A stretch of DNA of 64,000 bases from Longimicrobiales bacterium (GCA_965238005.1 OZ250165.1:1504001-1568000), one strand, 5' to 3'. Shown: positions 37,247 to 47,763, counted from the first letter of the stretch. Translations and numbers: made by a program. The notes: generated by a model from the letters alone, not told the origin.

Positions 37247-37738
37247 ATGGCAGATCCGGAGAAGCGAAAGGGCCCGACGCCCCCGGGCCCTGAAGCGAAG
37301 GGCGGCGGCCCAGACCTCCAGGACCTTCCTCAGGCGCTCCACCGCTTTCTCGAGTTGTTCAACGCGCGAGAGTACTGGGAGAGCCACGAGGTGCTCGAGG
37401 GCCCATGGCGCGAAGGGGGGAGCGACTTTTACCAGGGCTTGCTCCTCTACGCCAGCGCGTTCGTACACGCCCAGCGGGGCAACTCATACGGCGTCGGCGC
37501 GCAGCTCGAGAAGGCAGAGCGGAAGCTGGCCGGGTACCGGCCCTGCTACCTGGGTGTCAACGTCGATGCCGTGCTCGCCCACGCGGCTCGCTGCCGCGAG
37601 ATCGTCGAACGCAGTCCGGACGAGGACCCGCGTTCGTGGCTAGGAGTCGCCGGCGTGCCTCGCCTCGAGCTCGACATACGGCTCGTGCGCGGTGACGAGC
37701 CAGAGCTCCGAAGGGGGGAAGGAGAAACCAACCGATGA
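37247..37738 (+). CDS. DUF309-family protein
   Basis: LFN..EYWESHEVLE..W...FYQGL....H..RGN motif. Confidence 0.85.
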   Translation: MADPEKRKGPTPPGPEAKGGGPDLQDLPQALHRFLELFNAREYWESHEVLEGPWREGGSDFYQGLLLYASAFVHAQRGNSYGVGAQLEKAERKLAGYRPCYLGVNVDAVLAHAARCREIVERSPDEDPRSWLGVAGVPRLELDIRLVRGDEPELRRGEGETNR

Positions 37739-37873
37739 GCCTGAGCGGTCACGCGCTGCGGTCCGGCCGCTACCGGCTGCTCGCGAACGGAGCCGCGTGT
37801 GTCGGCGTCACGGAGGTGCGCCTACGGGACCCAGATCCGTGCGGCGGCGTCCTCGGGGCGCTACACTCCACGC

Positions 37874-38200
37874 ATGGGATTCCTGGACACGAGCGCCTCC
37901 CGTCGCTTCGCGGCGGATAAGATGCAGAAGGTGAACCTGTTCGAGACACCGCAAATGTTCTGCGATGTGTACTGCCTCGAGCCAGGCCAGACGCAGGAGG
38001 TGCACGCACACCCCGGGGCCACGAAGTTCTACTACGTGATCGAGGGTGAGGGCACCTTCACCATCGGCGATGCCACGCGCACCCTCGGGCCCGGCGGCGT
38101 CGCTTGGTCCGCGCCCGACGAGGCGCACGGGGTGGAGAACCGCGGCAATGTGCAGCTCGTGACACTCGTCTCGATGGCGCCCAACCCGAACTTCCCCTAG
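37874..38200 (+). CDS. Cupin domain protein
   Basis: PGQ..HAH....YYVIEGEG...G....P...HGV.N motif. Confidence 0.85.
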   Translation: MGFLDTSASRRFAADKMQKVNLFETPQMFCDVYCLEPGQTQEVHAHPGATKFYYVIEGEGTFTIGDATRTLGPGGVAWSAPDEAHGVENRGNVQLVTLVSMAPNPNFP

Positions 38201-38398
38201 TGCGGACGGGGCGCTCGATCGACCCGATGGGGCGAAGACGGTCATGATCTACTGTGCCAGCTATTCGAAGGCGCAGGACCTCACGATCGCGCTGGACGCG
38301 ATTTATGACGAGTCGGCCGCAGGCCTCAACGGCATCCCACCCGACACGCGGCCTGCCCCACTCCCTCGAGGCAGTTGAGACCAAGGAGAAGGCGCGCA

Positions 38399-39415
38399 GT
38401 GCTGGACACGTTCGGCCGGCCTCTTAAGAGCCTCAGGGTCTCACTGATCGACAAATGCAACCTGCGTTGCCAGTACTGCATGCCCGAGGAGGAGTATGTC
38501 TGGCTGCCCCGCGACGACATCCTCACCGTCGAAGAGATCGGCGATCTCGTCGATGTCTTCAGCGAGCTTGGGGTGGACAAGGTACGGCTTACGGGCGGCG
38601 AGCCGCTTCTCCGCCGCGAAGCGGCGAATGTGGTGGAGCGGCTAGCGGCAAACCCGGACGTTCGTGACCTGAGCATAACCACCAATGGTGTGTTGCTGGC
38701 GAATCAGGCGGAGTCGCTCCGGAGCGCGGGACTGGACCGGGTCACTGTGAGCCTGGATACGTTACGGCCGGCGCGGTTCAAGCAGCTCACGCGCCGCGAC
38801 CGGCTCCCTCAGGTGCTCGAAGGTATCGATGCGGCCGCGGAGCACGGATTGAAACCCCTCAAGATCAATACTGTGGTCATGCGCGGGTACAACGACGACG
38901 AGCTCACGGACTTGATCGACTTCGCTAGAGATAGGGGCGCAGAAGCCCGGTTCATCGAATACATGGACGTGGGCGGCGCGACGCGGTGGTCGATGGACAT
39001 GGTCGTTTCGAGTAGGGAGGTACTGAGCCGGCTGAAGAGTCACTATGGGCCGATCGAGCCTCTTGGCGACAATGGCTCGGCTCCAGCGGACCGCTATGCG
39101 CTGCCCGACGGGACGACCTTCGGCATCATCGCCTCGACAACCGAACCATTCTGCCGCGCCTGCGACCGGAGCCGGCTCACTGCGGATGGGATCTGGTTCC
39201 TGTGTCTCTACGCGGCACACGGGATCGACCTGCGGCAGCCTCTGCGAGAGCGGGCCTCCCGAGAGGAGATCAGGTCGCTGATCGTCCGCGGGTGGACGAA
39301 TCGTGCGGACCGTGGGGCCGAGGATAGAAAGGCGCTGGGCTCCCGAGGCCCTCTCTATCAGATCAAAGATCTGCGCAAAGATCCGCACCGGGAGATGCAC
39401 ACGCGGGGTGGGTGA
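38399..39415 (+). CDS. moaA: GTP 3',8-cyclase
   Basis: CNLRCQYC, LTGGEP and FCxxCxR.R motifs; C-terminal GG. Confidence 0.95.
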   Translation: MLDTFGRPLKSLRVSLIDKCNLRCQYCMPEEEYVWLPRDDILTVEEIGDLVDVFSELGVDKVRLTGGEPLLRREAANVVERLAANPDVRDLSITTNGVLLANQAESLRSAGLDRVTVSLDTLRPARFKQLTRRDRLPQVLEGIDAAAEHGLKPLKINTVVMRGYNDDELTDLIDFARDRGAEARFIEYMDVGGATRWSMDMVVSSREVLSRLKSHYGPIEPLGDNGSAPADRYALPDGTTFGIIASTTEPFCRACDRSRLTADGIWFLCLYAAHGIDLRQPLRERASREEIRSLIVRGWTNRADRGAEDRKALGSRGPLYQIKDLRKDPHREMHTRGG

Positions 39416-39424
39416 CGGCGCAGC

Positions 39425-40055
39425 TTAGGCCAACGAGGCGGAGAAGAAGTCGAGCTCACAGCGCATCGCGTACCCGTAGGCCAGAGCGACCCTGTGTGTT
39501 CCCTCGGCCAGCTGGTCGAGCAGCGACTCGAGCTCGGCGGCCAGCGCCTCGAACTCCGCGCTCGAGTAGGTCTCGATCCACTCCCGATAGGGATTCTGGG
39601 AGTGATCCCGTAAGGCCAACTCCTGTCCTAAGTATGCATAGAGGCGCATGCAGGGTGTCATCGCCGCGATGATCTCACCTACTTCTGCCGTCCACGCGGT
39701 CCGAAGTAAGAAATCGGTATAGGCGCGGGCGGCCGGATGGGGTCGGACGTTCCCCAAATCGATTGCCAGACTCTCAGCGTAGCCTTCGTGGAGCTTCAGC
39801 TCATCCAGTACACCGCGCATGAGACCGTGGAGCCGTTGTACCACCTCCCGTTTCTCCACTACCCGGACAGCGCCCAGGGCGTAGGCGCTGAAAAAGGCCC
39901 GCAGAAAAAAAAGCGTCCTGGGCCACATAGTGCTTGAAGACCTCGGGATCCAAGCTGCCGTCTCCCAAGCCACGGACGAACGGATGGGCTAGACATTCTC
40001 CGGCTAGCGCCTGGTTTCCCTGCCATAACGTCTTGTGGAGCGGTTCGGCCGACAT
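39425..40055 (-). pseudogene. tenA: TenA (thiaminase II) family gene, frameshifted
   Basis: HPFV..L.DG.L...F..YVAQD then PCMRLY and Y.EWI.TY in another frame; break at a T8 run (39905-39912). Confidence 0.85.
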
Positions 40056-40062
40056 GATCGGT

Positions 40063-40665
40063 TCAGCCTTCCCAGGTCATGCGCCAGAAATCCCGCTCAT
40101 AGCGCATCACCTCGTTGAACATCGCCTGCTGACGGGGATGGGGATGCTCGTCTGCGAGCCTCGACAGGATACGGACGTAGGCTTGGAAGTCCTCATGGGT
40201 CCACCGGTCGATAAACTCGGCGTACGGCCCCTGGGCCTCAAGACGACCCCACGCGACCGTATAGGCCACCTCGACGCCGTAGAAGAGTGCCAGCAGCACC
40301 TGGAACGGCTCGGAGTAGCCCGCGGTGATCAGAAAGTCGATGTAGCGCTGGCACGCTGGGTGGAACTCGGCGCCCAGATCGAGAGATCTGGCCTGGGCGT
40401 GCGCCTCGAACCAGTCGAGCTCGACGTCGAGGGCCGAGAGGCCCGCGATCAAAGCGCTCTGCCCCGGCCTGGGCGTCTTCGCGACCGTCAGGGACGCGAA
40501 GACGGCAAACCCTCTCACGAACAGGTAGTCCTGCACGAGCCAGCGGTTGAACGTATCCTCGGGCAGCGAGCCGTCGCCGACGGCGTTCAGGAACTCCGCG
40601 CGTGTACCGAGATCCCAGAGGTCCCCAGCGCCCAAGGCAAGACGCGATTCCGTAAACTCTTTCAC
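40063..40665 (-). CDS. TenA-family protein (TenA_E-like)
   Basis: G.LP...F.RWLVQDYLF, EL.WF and E..FW motifs; Glu-type active-site region (GVEVAY). Confidence 0.8.
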   Translation of the reverse strand: MKEFTESRLALGAGDLWDLGTRAEFLNAVGDGSLPEDTFNRWLVQDYLFVRGFAVFASLTVAKTPRPGQSALIAGLSALDVELDWFEAHAQARSLDLGAEFHPACQRYIDFLITAGYSEPFQVLLALFYGVEVAYTVAWGRLEAQGPYAEFIDRWTHEDFQAYVRILSRLADEHPHPRQQAMFNEVMRYERDFWRMTWEG

Positions 40666-40869
40666 CTACGGCCTTCCTCTATACCGGTTCAGAAGGTGAA
40701 GAGCGAGCTCTAGCTCGTCCAATAGGCTCTCCCCCATTGTGCTGTCTTTCAGCTTAGGGCCGAGCTGCGGAGGCCGCTTCATCCCAGCGTCGACCAACCC
40801 CTACCTAGCTGCACCTAAATCGCGCGCGGGGGTTTGGGTTGGGCGGGGGCTCCCCGGGACTCTCGGCAG

Positions 40870-41038
40870 CTACAGATCGAAGCGCTGGTGTTGAAAGGCG
40901 AAGGTGTACTCCTCGAGTTCGGTGAGCACCGGCTCATAGATGTCGGACAACATGGGCATGTGAACTCCGCTGAGATCGATCTTCCCCTCGAGGATCAGCC
41001 GGCTGGCGATTGCGGCGGGGAGGGAAACGGCGCGGGAC
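40870..41038 (-). pseudogene. Saccharopine dehydrogenase C-terminal fragment
   Basis: SRAVSLPAAIASRLILEGKIDLSGVHMP...IYEPVLTELE. Confidence 0.65.
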
Positions 41039-41240
41039 GATCCCTTCCAGCGCGCCCGCTGGTTGTTTCACCAGTCGTCCCGTGACCGGTGGCGGGCTTT
41101 GTCAAGCTCCCATCATGGGGTTGGGAGGAGCATTTCCGCCAGCTGCTGCAGGTTCGGGCGTCACGCATTAGATTGAGAACGAGCGGCCCAGTGTCGAACG
41201 CCGCGATTTCTTCTCGGTCCCCAGGCGAGAGGGTTTTGCC

Positions 41241-41522
41241 ATGGCCATGCACCTGTATCCGGACCACGCCCATCCCATGGGGATAAGCGGAAGGCCGTGG
41301 TTCCGGGTGAAGGACGACAAGCTGTTCCCCGATATCGGGCATCCCAAGAGGGTGGACTTCAAACCCTGGTTCCGCATCAAAGACGGAAAAGTCTACACGG
41401 CGGAGGGACATCCCGACGGCAGAAGCACCCGGCCCCGGTTCCGGGTTGAGAACGGCAAGCTGTTCCCCGACGTCGGACATCCCGACGGGCACGGCATCCG
41501 AGCCTGGTACCAGATTCGATAG
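41241..41522 (+). CDS. Small protein of four 23-aa repeats
   Basis: KL(F/Y)PD.GHP......PWFRI.DG unit x4; GAGAGG RBS. Confidence 0.75.
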   Translation: MAMHLYPDHAHPMGISGRPWFRVKDDKLFPDIGHPKRVDFKPWFRIKDGKVYTAEGHPDGRSTRPRFRVENGKLFPDVGHPDGHGIRAWYQIR

Positions 41523-41569
41523 GCTCGGGGTCGCCCACGGTGTGGGCTGTGGATAGGTCCGATCAGGAC

Positions 41570-41785
41570 CTATCGGTCCTGCGGACCTGCCAGCGTTCCA
41601 TCGAAGCCGTTCGTCTTGTGGCTTCCATCACAGAACGGCTTGTTGCTCGAGCCGCCGCACCGACACAGAGAGTAGGGCTTGCCTTCAGGCGTAGGCAGCA
41701 CGTTCCCGTCATGATCGACAAGAGGGATCTCTTCATCTATCCGTAGGGATCCGTTCTCCCGGATGGTGATCTGCAGGTCGGACAA
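41570..41785 (-). CDS. CDGSH iron-sulfur domain protein
   Basis: LCRCGGSSNKPFCDGSH; AGGAG before the TTG. Confidence 0.9.
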   Translation of the reverse strand: MSDLQITIRENGSLRIDEEIPLVDHDGNVLPTPEGKPYSLCRCGGSSNKPFCDGSHKTNGFDGTLAGPQDR

Positions 41786-41866
41786 CGCTTTGCTCCTGAG
41801 CTGGCGGTCGTGTGGGAACTCCGACGTACCCCGTTCCCGGCCCTGGTTCCCTGCGCCCTGGTGTGG

Positions 41867-41896
41867 TGGCCGAGACACTTCTGGGACACCACACTA
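41867..41896 (+). repeat. Solo MITE right end
   Basis: TGGCCGAGACACTTCTGGGACACCACACTA, 29/30 identical to 59995-60024. Confidence 0.8.
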
Positions 41897-41976
41897 GCAC
41901 CGGCTTTGTCTTGGAGCCCTCGAGGCCGTTGGGTAGATTCCGTTAATCCGTCCATTACCTCCACTCGGGAATCCGC

Positions 41977-43188
41977 GTGAGCTGCTGGAACCGTAGGAAA
42001 TCTGTCGAAGTCGACGTCGGTGGCGTGCGCGTCGGGGGAATGAACCCGATCGTGGTGCAGTCCATGACGAACACCGACACGGCCGACGTCGAAGCGACCT
42101 TCACGCAGGTCAGGGAGCTGGCCGAGGCGGGCAGTGAGCTGGTGCGCGTCACGGTCAACAACGACGCCGCGGCGGAGGCCGTCCCCGAGATCTCGTCGCG
42201 CCTCCAGGCCGAAGGCATCGACGTCCCGATCGTCGGGGACTTCCACTACAACGGGCATCTCCTGCTCACTGCGCATCCGGCGTGCGCCTGGGCTCTCGCC
42301 AAGCTCCGGATCAATCCGGGCAACGTGGGGACCAAGCACCGGGACGCGAACTTCCAGAAGATCATCGGAGTCGCCATCGCCAACGAGACGCCGGTGCGCA
42401 TCGGCGTGAACTGGGGCTCTCTCGATCAGCGGCTCCTCACCGAGATGATGGACCAGAACGCCGAGCTCGCCGATCCGAGGGACGCGCGGGAAGTACTGAT
42501 CGCCGCCATAGTGGAGAGCGCCATGCGCTCCGCCGAGCTGGCAGAGGAGATCGGGCTGGCGCACGACATGATCGTCCTCAGCGCAAAGGTCTCCGAGGTC
42601 CCGGACCTGATCCAGGTGTATCGGCTTCTCGCCGCCCGGAGCGATTACCCCCTCCATCTGGGCCTGACCGAGGCCGGAATGGGAACCAAGGGCGTCGTCG
42701 CCACGGCCGTGGGGATCGGCCCCCTGCTCATCGACGGAATCGGAGACACCATCCGTGTCTCACTCACCCCCGAGCCCGGGGGTGACCGAGCCGAAGAAGT
42801 CCGCGTTGCCCGGCAGATCCTACAGTCGCTGCAGATCCGAAGCTTCGAGCCTCAGGTGACGGCGTGCCCGGGGTGTGGTCGCACGACGAGCACGTTCTTC
42901 CAGGAGATGGCCCAGGAAATCCACGGGTACATTCAGGACCAGATGCTCCGGTGGCGCCAGGAGTTCCCTGGGGTCGAAGAGATGACGGTGGCCGTCATGG
43001 GGTGCGTGGTGAACGGTCCAGGCGAGTCCAAGCACGCCAACCTGGGCATCTCGTTGCCGGGGACGTTCGAGGAGCCCAAGGCCCCTGTATACGTGGACGG
43101 AGAGCACCACTGCACGCTCCGCGGGGAAGGTCTCGTCGACGAGTTCAAGGCGATCCTGGAGGACTACGTGAGTACCCACTACGGCTAG
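41977..43188 (+). CDS. ispG: HMBPP synthase
   Basis: [38 protein letters not shown] and [10 protein letters not shown] motifs. Confidence 0.97.
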   Translation: MSCWNRRKSVEVDVGGVRVGGMNPIVVQSMTNTDTADVEATFTQVRELAEAGSELVRVTVNNDAAAEAVPEISSRLQAEGIDVPIVGDFHYNGHLLLTAHPACAWALAKLRINPGNVGTKHRDANFQKIIGVAIANETPVRIGVNWGSLDQRLLTEMMDQNAELADPRDAREVLIAAIVESAMRSAELAEEIGLAHDMIVLSAKVSEVPDLIQVYRLLAARSDYPLHLGLTEAGMGTKGVVATAVGIGPLLIDGIGDTIRVSLTPEPGGDRAEEVRVARQILQSLQIRSFEPQVTACPGCGRTTSTFFQEMAQEIHGYIQDQMLRWRQEFPGVEEMTVAVMGCVVNGPGESKHANLGISLPGTFEEPKAPVYVDGEHHCTLRGEGLVDEFKAILEDYVSTHYG

Positions 43189-43210
43189 TGTGGTGTTACA
43201 GAAGTGTCTC
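43186..43210 (-). repeat. Solo MITE right end (inverted), overlapping the ispG stop
   Basis: TAGTGTGGTGTTACAGAAGTGTCTC, 23/25 to the reverse complement of 41872-41896. Confidence 0.8.
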
Positions 43211-43251
43211 CTAGGAGCCAGGCTAGGAGCCAGGGGCCGAGCCCGTGCCGG

Positions 43252-45110
43252 TCAACCGTATGCGGGGGACTCCGTCGCAGGGGGCGATGCTCCGCCCGGG
43301 GAGCGGCGAGCGACGAGGAAAGCCAACAGATAGGCGGTGATCGCCACCAGGGTCATTGCGCGAAACCCCAACGCCATCGAGAAGAACTCGGCCAGGCCGC
43401 CGGCCACGGCGCCCATGAGATTCCAGCCGAAGGCCAGGTCCGAGGCGGGTCGTGCCTTGAAGCGCGACGCGAAACAAAGCGACGCGAAGATGACCGGGGC
43501 AGCCACGTAAAGGATGGACAGCGCGAGGCGTGTGGGCGGATCCGTGCGGAGCAACGCTTCAAGTGGGATGGCATAGGTGATGAGCAGGGCCACCACCAGT
43601 CCGACTCCCGCCAGGGTCCATGGAACGGGCCTCAGCTCCATGAGAACGGTTCCCAGGAGGATGGTCATCAGGATCGCACCGAAGACCACGGCCGAGGTCA
43701 ACCACGTCGCGCCCCAGAGTAGGTTCATCGTCGTCGCTGGGGGGGTCTCCTCTGAGGGCCTCGTCCTGCAGATACCAGGCGTCAGCATCGATGGGCTCGG
43801 CGGAGTCCTGGTAGGCGGGTCCCGCCATGTAGATGACGTTGAACAAGTTGTAGAACTCCCGGTGAGCGATCGGCATCCGGCCGAACGTAGCGGCGAGGAG
43901 CGCCGTGAGGTGTTCGAAGATGTACTCCTCGCCCACCGAGAAGTACATCACGATACCGCCGTCGGCCGTGAGCCGGTCACGCGCGGCTGCCAAAGCCTCT
44001 CGAGTGTACACGAAGTTATCGAGGCGCACGTTCGAGAGCGCCGACAGCCGGGTCAGGGAGTCCAGTGTTCCGAAGACGATCAGATCGAACCGCTCCGTCG
44101 TCTCGTTCAGGAACGAACGCGCGTCGACTTTGGTGGACGATCACTCGGGGATCCGCGTAAGGGAGGTTCGGGTGCACCTCTCTCCCCAAGCTCAGGATGA
44201 CCGGATCGATCTCCACCGCATGGATCTCACTTGCCCCCTCGCCCAGAAGCACCGCGACATCGTTTCCGGTGCCAGCGCCCAATATCAGCGCTTTCCTTAT
44301 GGGGCGCCCCAAGCGCCGATAGGGTAGACGATACCCCATCACCGTTCTCTGCCGATCCTCGAAACCCACGTACTCTGCCGAGAAGTCGATGGCGATCTGA
44401 TGAAGAGACCCGTTCGCCAGGATGTAATGGTCCGGAATTTCTTGGAGCGGGACGTCCGCCACGGCGTAGTAAGGGCTGTACCGCTCCGGGCCGGTCGCCC
44501 GGGCCACAACGAATAGAACGGTTGCAGATACCACCACGAAGAAGATTCTCAAACGCGGCTGCCGCAACACGAGAAAGAGTCCTCCCAAGAGTGCGGGAAG
44601 GAACCACCAAACCGGCCGAAGGCCGGAGAAGGACACCACGGTGAAGCAGACCACACCCACCAGAGAGCCTGCCAGGTCCAACGAGTATCCCCAGAGAGCA
44701 GAGCTCTGCGTGCGGAACGCTTCGAGCCGGACGCCGATGAACTGGCCGAGAGGCACGAAGGAGAAGGCACTGAGGGAGAAGAGCACGATGAGGGGTAGGC
44801 GTATCCCCTCCACAACGAGTGCATCTTCGGGCAGGTCGAGATAGAGAAGCCACAAGTGCTCGGTGACAGCGTTGGCGGTGAACGCCACTCGCCCCATGGC
44901 CCAAGCGCTGGCCACGAGTGCCAAGAGTCCGGCGGGCCACATCCACATCATCGGTTTCGACCGAGCCCGAAGCGCACCCACGCCCAAGCCCAGGAATGCA
45001 CTCAGGAGTATCAGGTTGGGAAAGTAGCCCACCACGCGTACCTCTACGGGGAGCCACCGAATCAGCGCCAACTCTTGAAAGAGGACGACGAAGGACGCGC
45101 CTACGAGCTC
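43252..45110 (-). pseudogene. Membrane-fused spermidine-synthase-like SAM-binding protein, split over several frames
   Basis: TM region then LILGAGTGND and VEIDP (44016-45071), RLDNFVYT.E (43559-44029), N..GA..GG..E (43252-43788); no clean start. Confidence 0.75.
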
Positions 45111-45358
45111 TGCACCGTGGCGTCGTGTGGAGAAGTCCTGTGTTCGGATCCGAAACCTCCAGTTGGAGGGTGGGGCCCCTCAGGCGGGGCCGTGGCACCG
45201 TGTGCTCAAAGCGCCAACACTATGGAACACAGATGGAGAAGGCAAAAACGCCGGCCTTTACAGCGCTGTGAGCCCGGCCTATCTCTCTAGCCCCCGCAGA
45301 AGCGGCTCAGCAGAAGCGGCTCATATGATGGCGCCACGGCTTGAGGAAATCGGTGTCG

Positions 45359-45423
45359 TAGTGTTCCGTTGCCGAAGTTCGCGTGCCCTCGACGGGCCGA
45401 GACACTTTGGCAACGGGACATTG
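45359..45423. repeat. Short MITE-like inverted repeat related to the 59900 element
   Basis: TAGTGTTCCGTTGCCGAAGT...ACTTTGGCAACGGGACATTG; shares AAGTTCGCG and GGCCGAG.CACTT. Confidence 0.7.
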
Positions 45424-45494
45424 GGGGATCCGAGGAACTTGAATCCCGTCCCTCGAAGATACATTAAATACGGTTCGTTAACTTATTGCACGAT

Positions 45495-46961
45495 ATGTCG
45501 ATAAGAGTCAGATTCCCTCCCTCGCCCACGGGATATCTGCACGTCGGTGGGGCGCGCACGGCCCTCTTCAATTGGCTGTTCGCGCGACATCACGGGGGCG
45601 CCCTCGTCCTCCGCATCGAAGACACCGATCGGGACCGCTCGAAGCCCGAGCATACCGAGGCCATCCTCCACGGGCTCCGCTGGTTGGGTCTCGACTGGGA
45701 CGAGGGTCCCTACTATCAGAGCGAGGGGGTCGAGCGACATCGGCAGGATGCCGTGACCTTGCTGAGCGCCGGGAAGGCTTACCGGGACTTCACGACCCCC
45801 GAAGATCTCGCTCAGGAGAGAGAGGCGGCCAAGGGCGGGCGATCCGACCGCCGCATCCCGCGGCGGCGCGCAGAGTCGCTGGCGCCTGGAGAGGCCGAGG
45901 AGCTGGCGGCGAAGGGGGCTCCGCATGCAATCCGCTTCTGCGTGCCGGAGGGGGAGACGGTGTGGGAGGACATGGTTCACGGCGAGATGACGTTCCAGAA
46001 TGAGGAGATCGACGATCTGGTCATTCTCCGCGGTGACGGGAATCCCACGTACAATCTCGCGGTCGCGTCCGACGACGCGGAGCAGCGTATCAGCCACGTG
46101 ATTCGCGGGGACGATCACCTCTCGAACACGCCAAAGCAGATTCTGATCTGCCAGGCCATGGGCTGGCCCGTCCCCATCTTCGGTCATGTTCCGATGATTC
46201 TCGGCTCGGACGGAAAGCGGCTCTCCAAGCGCCATGGAGCGACGGCGGTGGGGGAGTACGAGGAACAGGGATTCCTCGCCGAGGCCATGGTCAACTTCCT
46301 GGCGCTCCTCGGTTGGAGTCCCGGCGACGATCAGGAGGTGATGACCGTGGAAGAGCTCATCGAGCGCTTCTCCATGGACCGGGTCCTCAAAAAGAGCTCC
46401 GTGTTCGACCCCAAGAAGCTGGATTGGCTCTCCGGACAGCACTTCAACACCAGCAGAGCGGAGGAGCTCGAGCCTCTGCTTACTCAGGGGCTGGTGGCCG
46501 CGGCGCTGGCAACCCGAGACGAGCTGCAGGGCCGCTGGAACTGGTATCTCAGTCTCATCGATCTCCTGAAGACCAGGGCGCGCCGCATCCCCGATCTCGT
46601 GGATCTGGCCCGTCCATTCCTCTCGGAGGAGCTCGACTTCGACCCCGAGGCCGTCCAGAAACACTGGCTGAAGGCGCCTGAAGAGGCCCTGGAGCGGCTG
46701 AAAAGCCTTCGCTCGAGGCTGGCTGACGCAGCATGGGAGGTAGCCACGCTCGAGGAGATCGTGAGGGGTTATGCGGAGGAGACTTCGGTGGGGGCGGGCA
46801 AGGTGATCCACCCGCTCCGCGTGGCCGTGACGGGTCGCCAAGCGAGCCCTGGAATCTTCGAAGTCTTGGATTTTCTAGGCAGGGAGCGGGTTCTGGCACG
46901 CTTGGACGGGGCCATCGAGCGTCTCGAAGCCCCTGACGCGCCCACTCTGGCGGGCAATTAA
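45495..46961 (+). CDS. gltX: Glutamate--tRNA ligase
   Basis: RFPPSPTGYLHVGG, LRIEDTD, IRGDDH and RLSKRHG motifs. Confidence 0.97.
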   Translation: MSIRVRFPPSPTGYLHVGGARTALFNWLFARHHGGALVLRIEDTDRDRSKPEHTEAILHGLRWLGLDWDEGPYYQSEGVERHRQDAVTLLSAGKAYRDFTTPEDLAQEREAAKGGRSDRRIPRRRAESLAPGEAEELAAKGAPHAIRFCVPEGETVWEDMVHGEMTFQNEEIDDLVILRGDGNPTYNLAVASDDAEQRISHVIRGDDHLSNTPKQILICQAMGWPVPIFGHVPMILGSDGKRLSKRHGATAVGEYEEQGFLAEAMVNFLALLGWSPGDDQEVMTVEELIERFSMDRVLKKSSVFDPKKLDWLSGQHFNTSRAEELEPLLTQGLVAAALATRDELQGRWNWYLSLIDLLKTRARRIPDLVDLARPFLSEELDFDPEAVQKHWLKAPEEALERLKSLRSRLADAAWEVATLEEIVRGYAEETSVGAGKVIHPLRVAVTGRQASPGIFEVLDFLGRERVLARLDGAIERLEAPDAPTLAGN

Positions 46962-47038
46962 AGTTCTTTCTTGACTAGGCGGATCGCCGCGCATTAGGAT
47001 GTCTTCTCCCCAGCCCCACAAGACCCTTTCGGTGGCGG

Positions 47039-47050
47039 GAACAGGTGTTT
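47039..47050. promoter_or_regulatory. Putative SOS (Cheo-type) box upstream of the lexA-like gene
   Basis: GAACAGGTGTTT fits GAACRNRYGTTY; lies downstream of TTGACT-N18-TAGGAT (46971-47000). Confidence 0.45.
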
Positions 47051-47104
47051 ATTCTCCCTGTAGGCGACCGCAACGGGCGATATCAGCGAATATCGGAGTC
47101 CGGG

Positions 47105-47758
47105 ATGGAGCAAAGCATCACCGTAATCGAGCGAAAGATTCTCGACTTCATGGTGTATTATCTGCGTACCAACACCTATCAGCCCTCCATCCGCGAGATC
47201 GGGGAACGGTTCGGGATCAAGAGTACCAAGACCGTATCGGAGCATCTCCAGGCCCTCGCCGACAAGGGATTCCTCGAGCGAGACCCCTCCCGCTCACGGG
47301 GGGTGAAGATCTTGGGCGTGGATCTGAGCGCCCAAACGATCTCCGTACCCTGCTATCACGAGCTCCCGCAGGATCGGCTCGGGCTCCGCACCGAGCAGGC
47401 CGAGATGCATCTGACGATGGACCGACGGCTCGCTGGTGCGAAGGGGTCGTTCTTCGTACGTGCGACGGGCGAGGGGTTCGCCTCTTTCGACATCGCCGAA
47501 GGTGACTACCTGCTGATCGAGCCAGCCGTGGTGGAAGATCTGGCGGAGCACTCCATCGTGGTGGCGCGCATCAAAGGCGCGCCGTCCTTCTACGAGTTCT
47601 CGCGCAACGGCCGCGGCGTCGACCTCACGCCGGTGCGAGGCGGAGGACAGGTGACGGCGTTGGAGGATCCCTCCCAGCTGCAGCTCATCGGGCGGGTCGT
47701 GGCCCTCTACCGGCGGATGGACGACGCTCCCATCGTGGTCAGCACCACGGCCCACTGA
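47105..47758 (+). CDS. lexA: LexA-like repressor with a degenerate S24 peptidase domain
   Basis: PSIREIG..FGIKS...V..HL.AL..KG.L.R DNA-binding domain; Ala-Gly site, Ser and Lys absent. Confidence 0.8.
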   Translation: MEQSITVIERKILDFMVYYLRTNTYQPSIREIGERFGIKSTKTVSEHLQALADKGFLERDPSRSRGVKILGVDLSAQTISVPCYHELPQDRLGLRTEQAEMHLTMDRRLAGAKGSFFVRATGEGFASFDIAEGDYLLIEPAVVEDLAEHSIVVARIKGAPSFYEFSRNGRGVDLTPVRGGGQVTALEDPSQLQLIGRVVALYRRMDDAPIVVSTTAH

Positions 47759-47763
47759 CGGAT

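Noticed and set aside
40666..40860. TPP riboswitch upstream of the tenA pair
   Set aside because: Conserved GCTGAGA and CCTGA..GGTAAT..GCG.AGG elements were not found.
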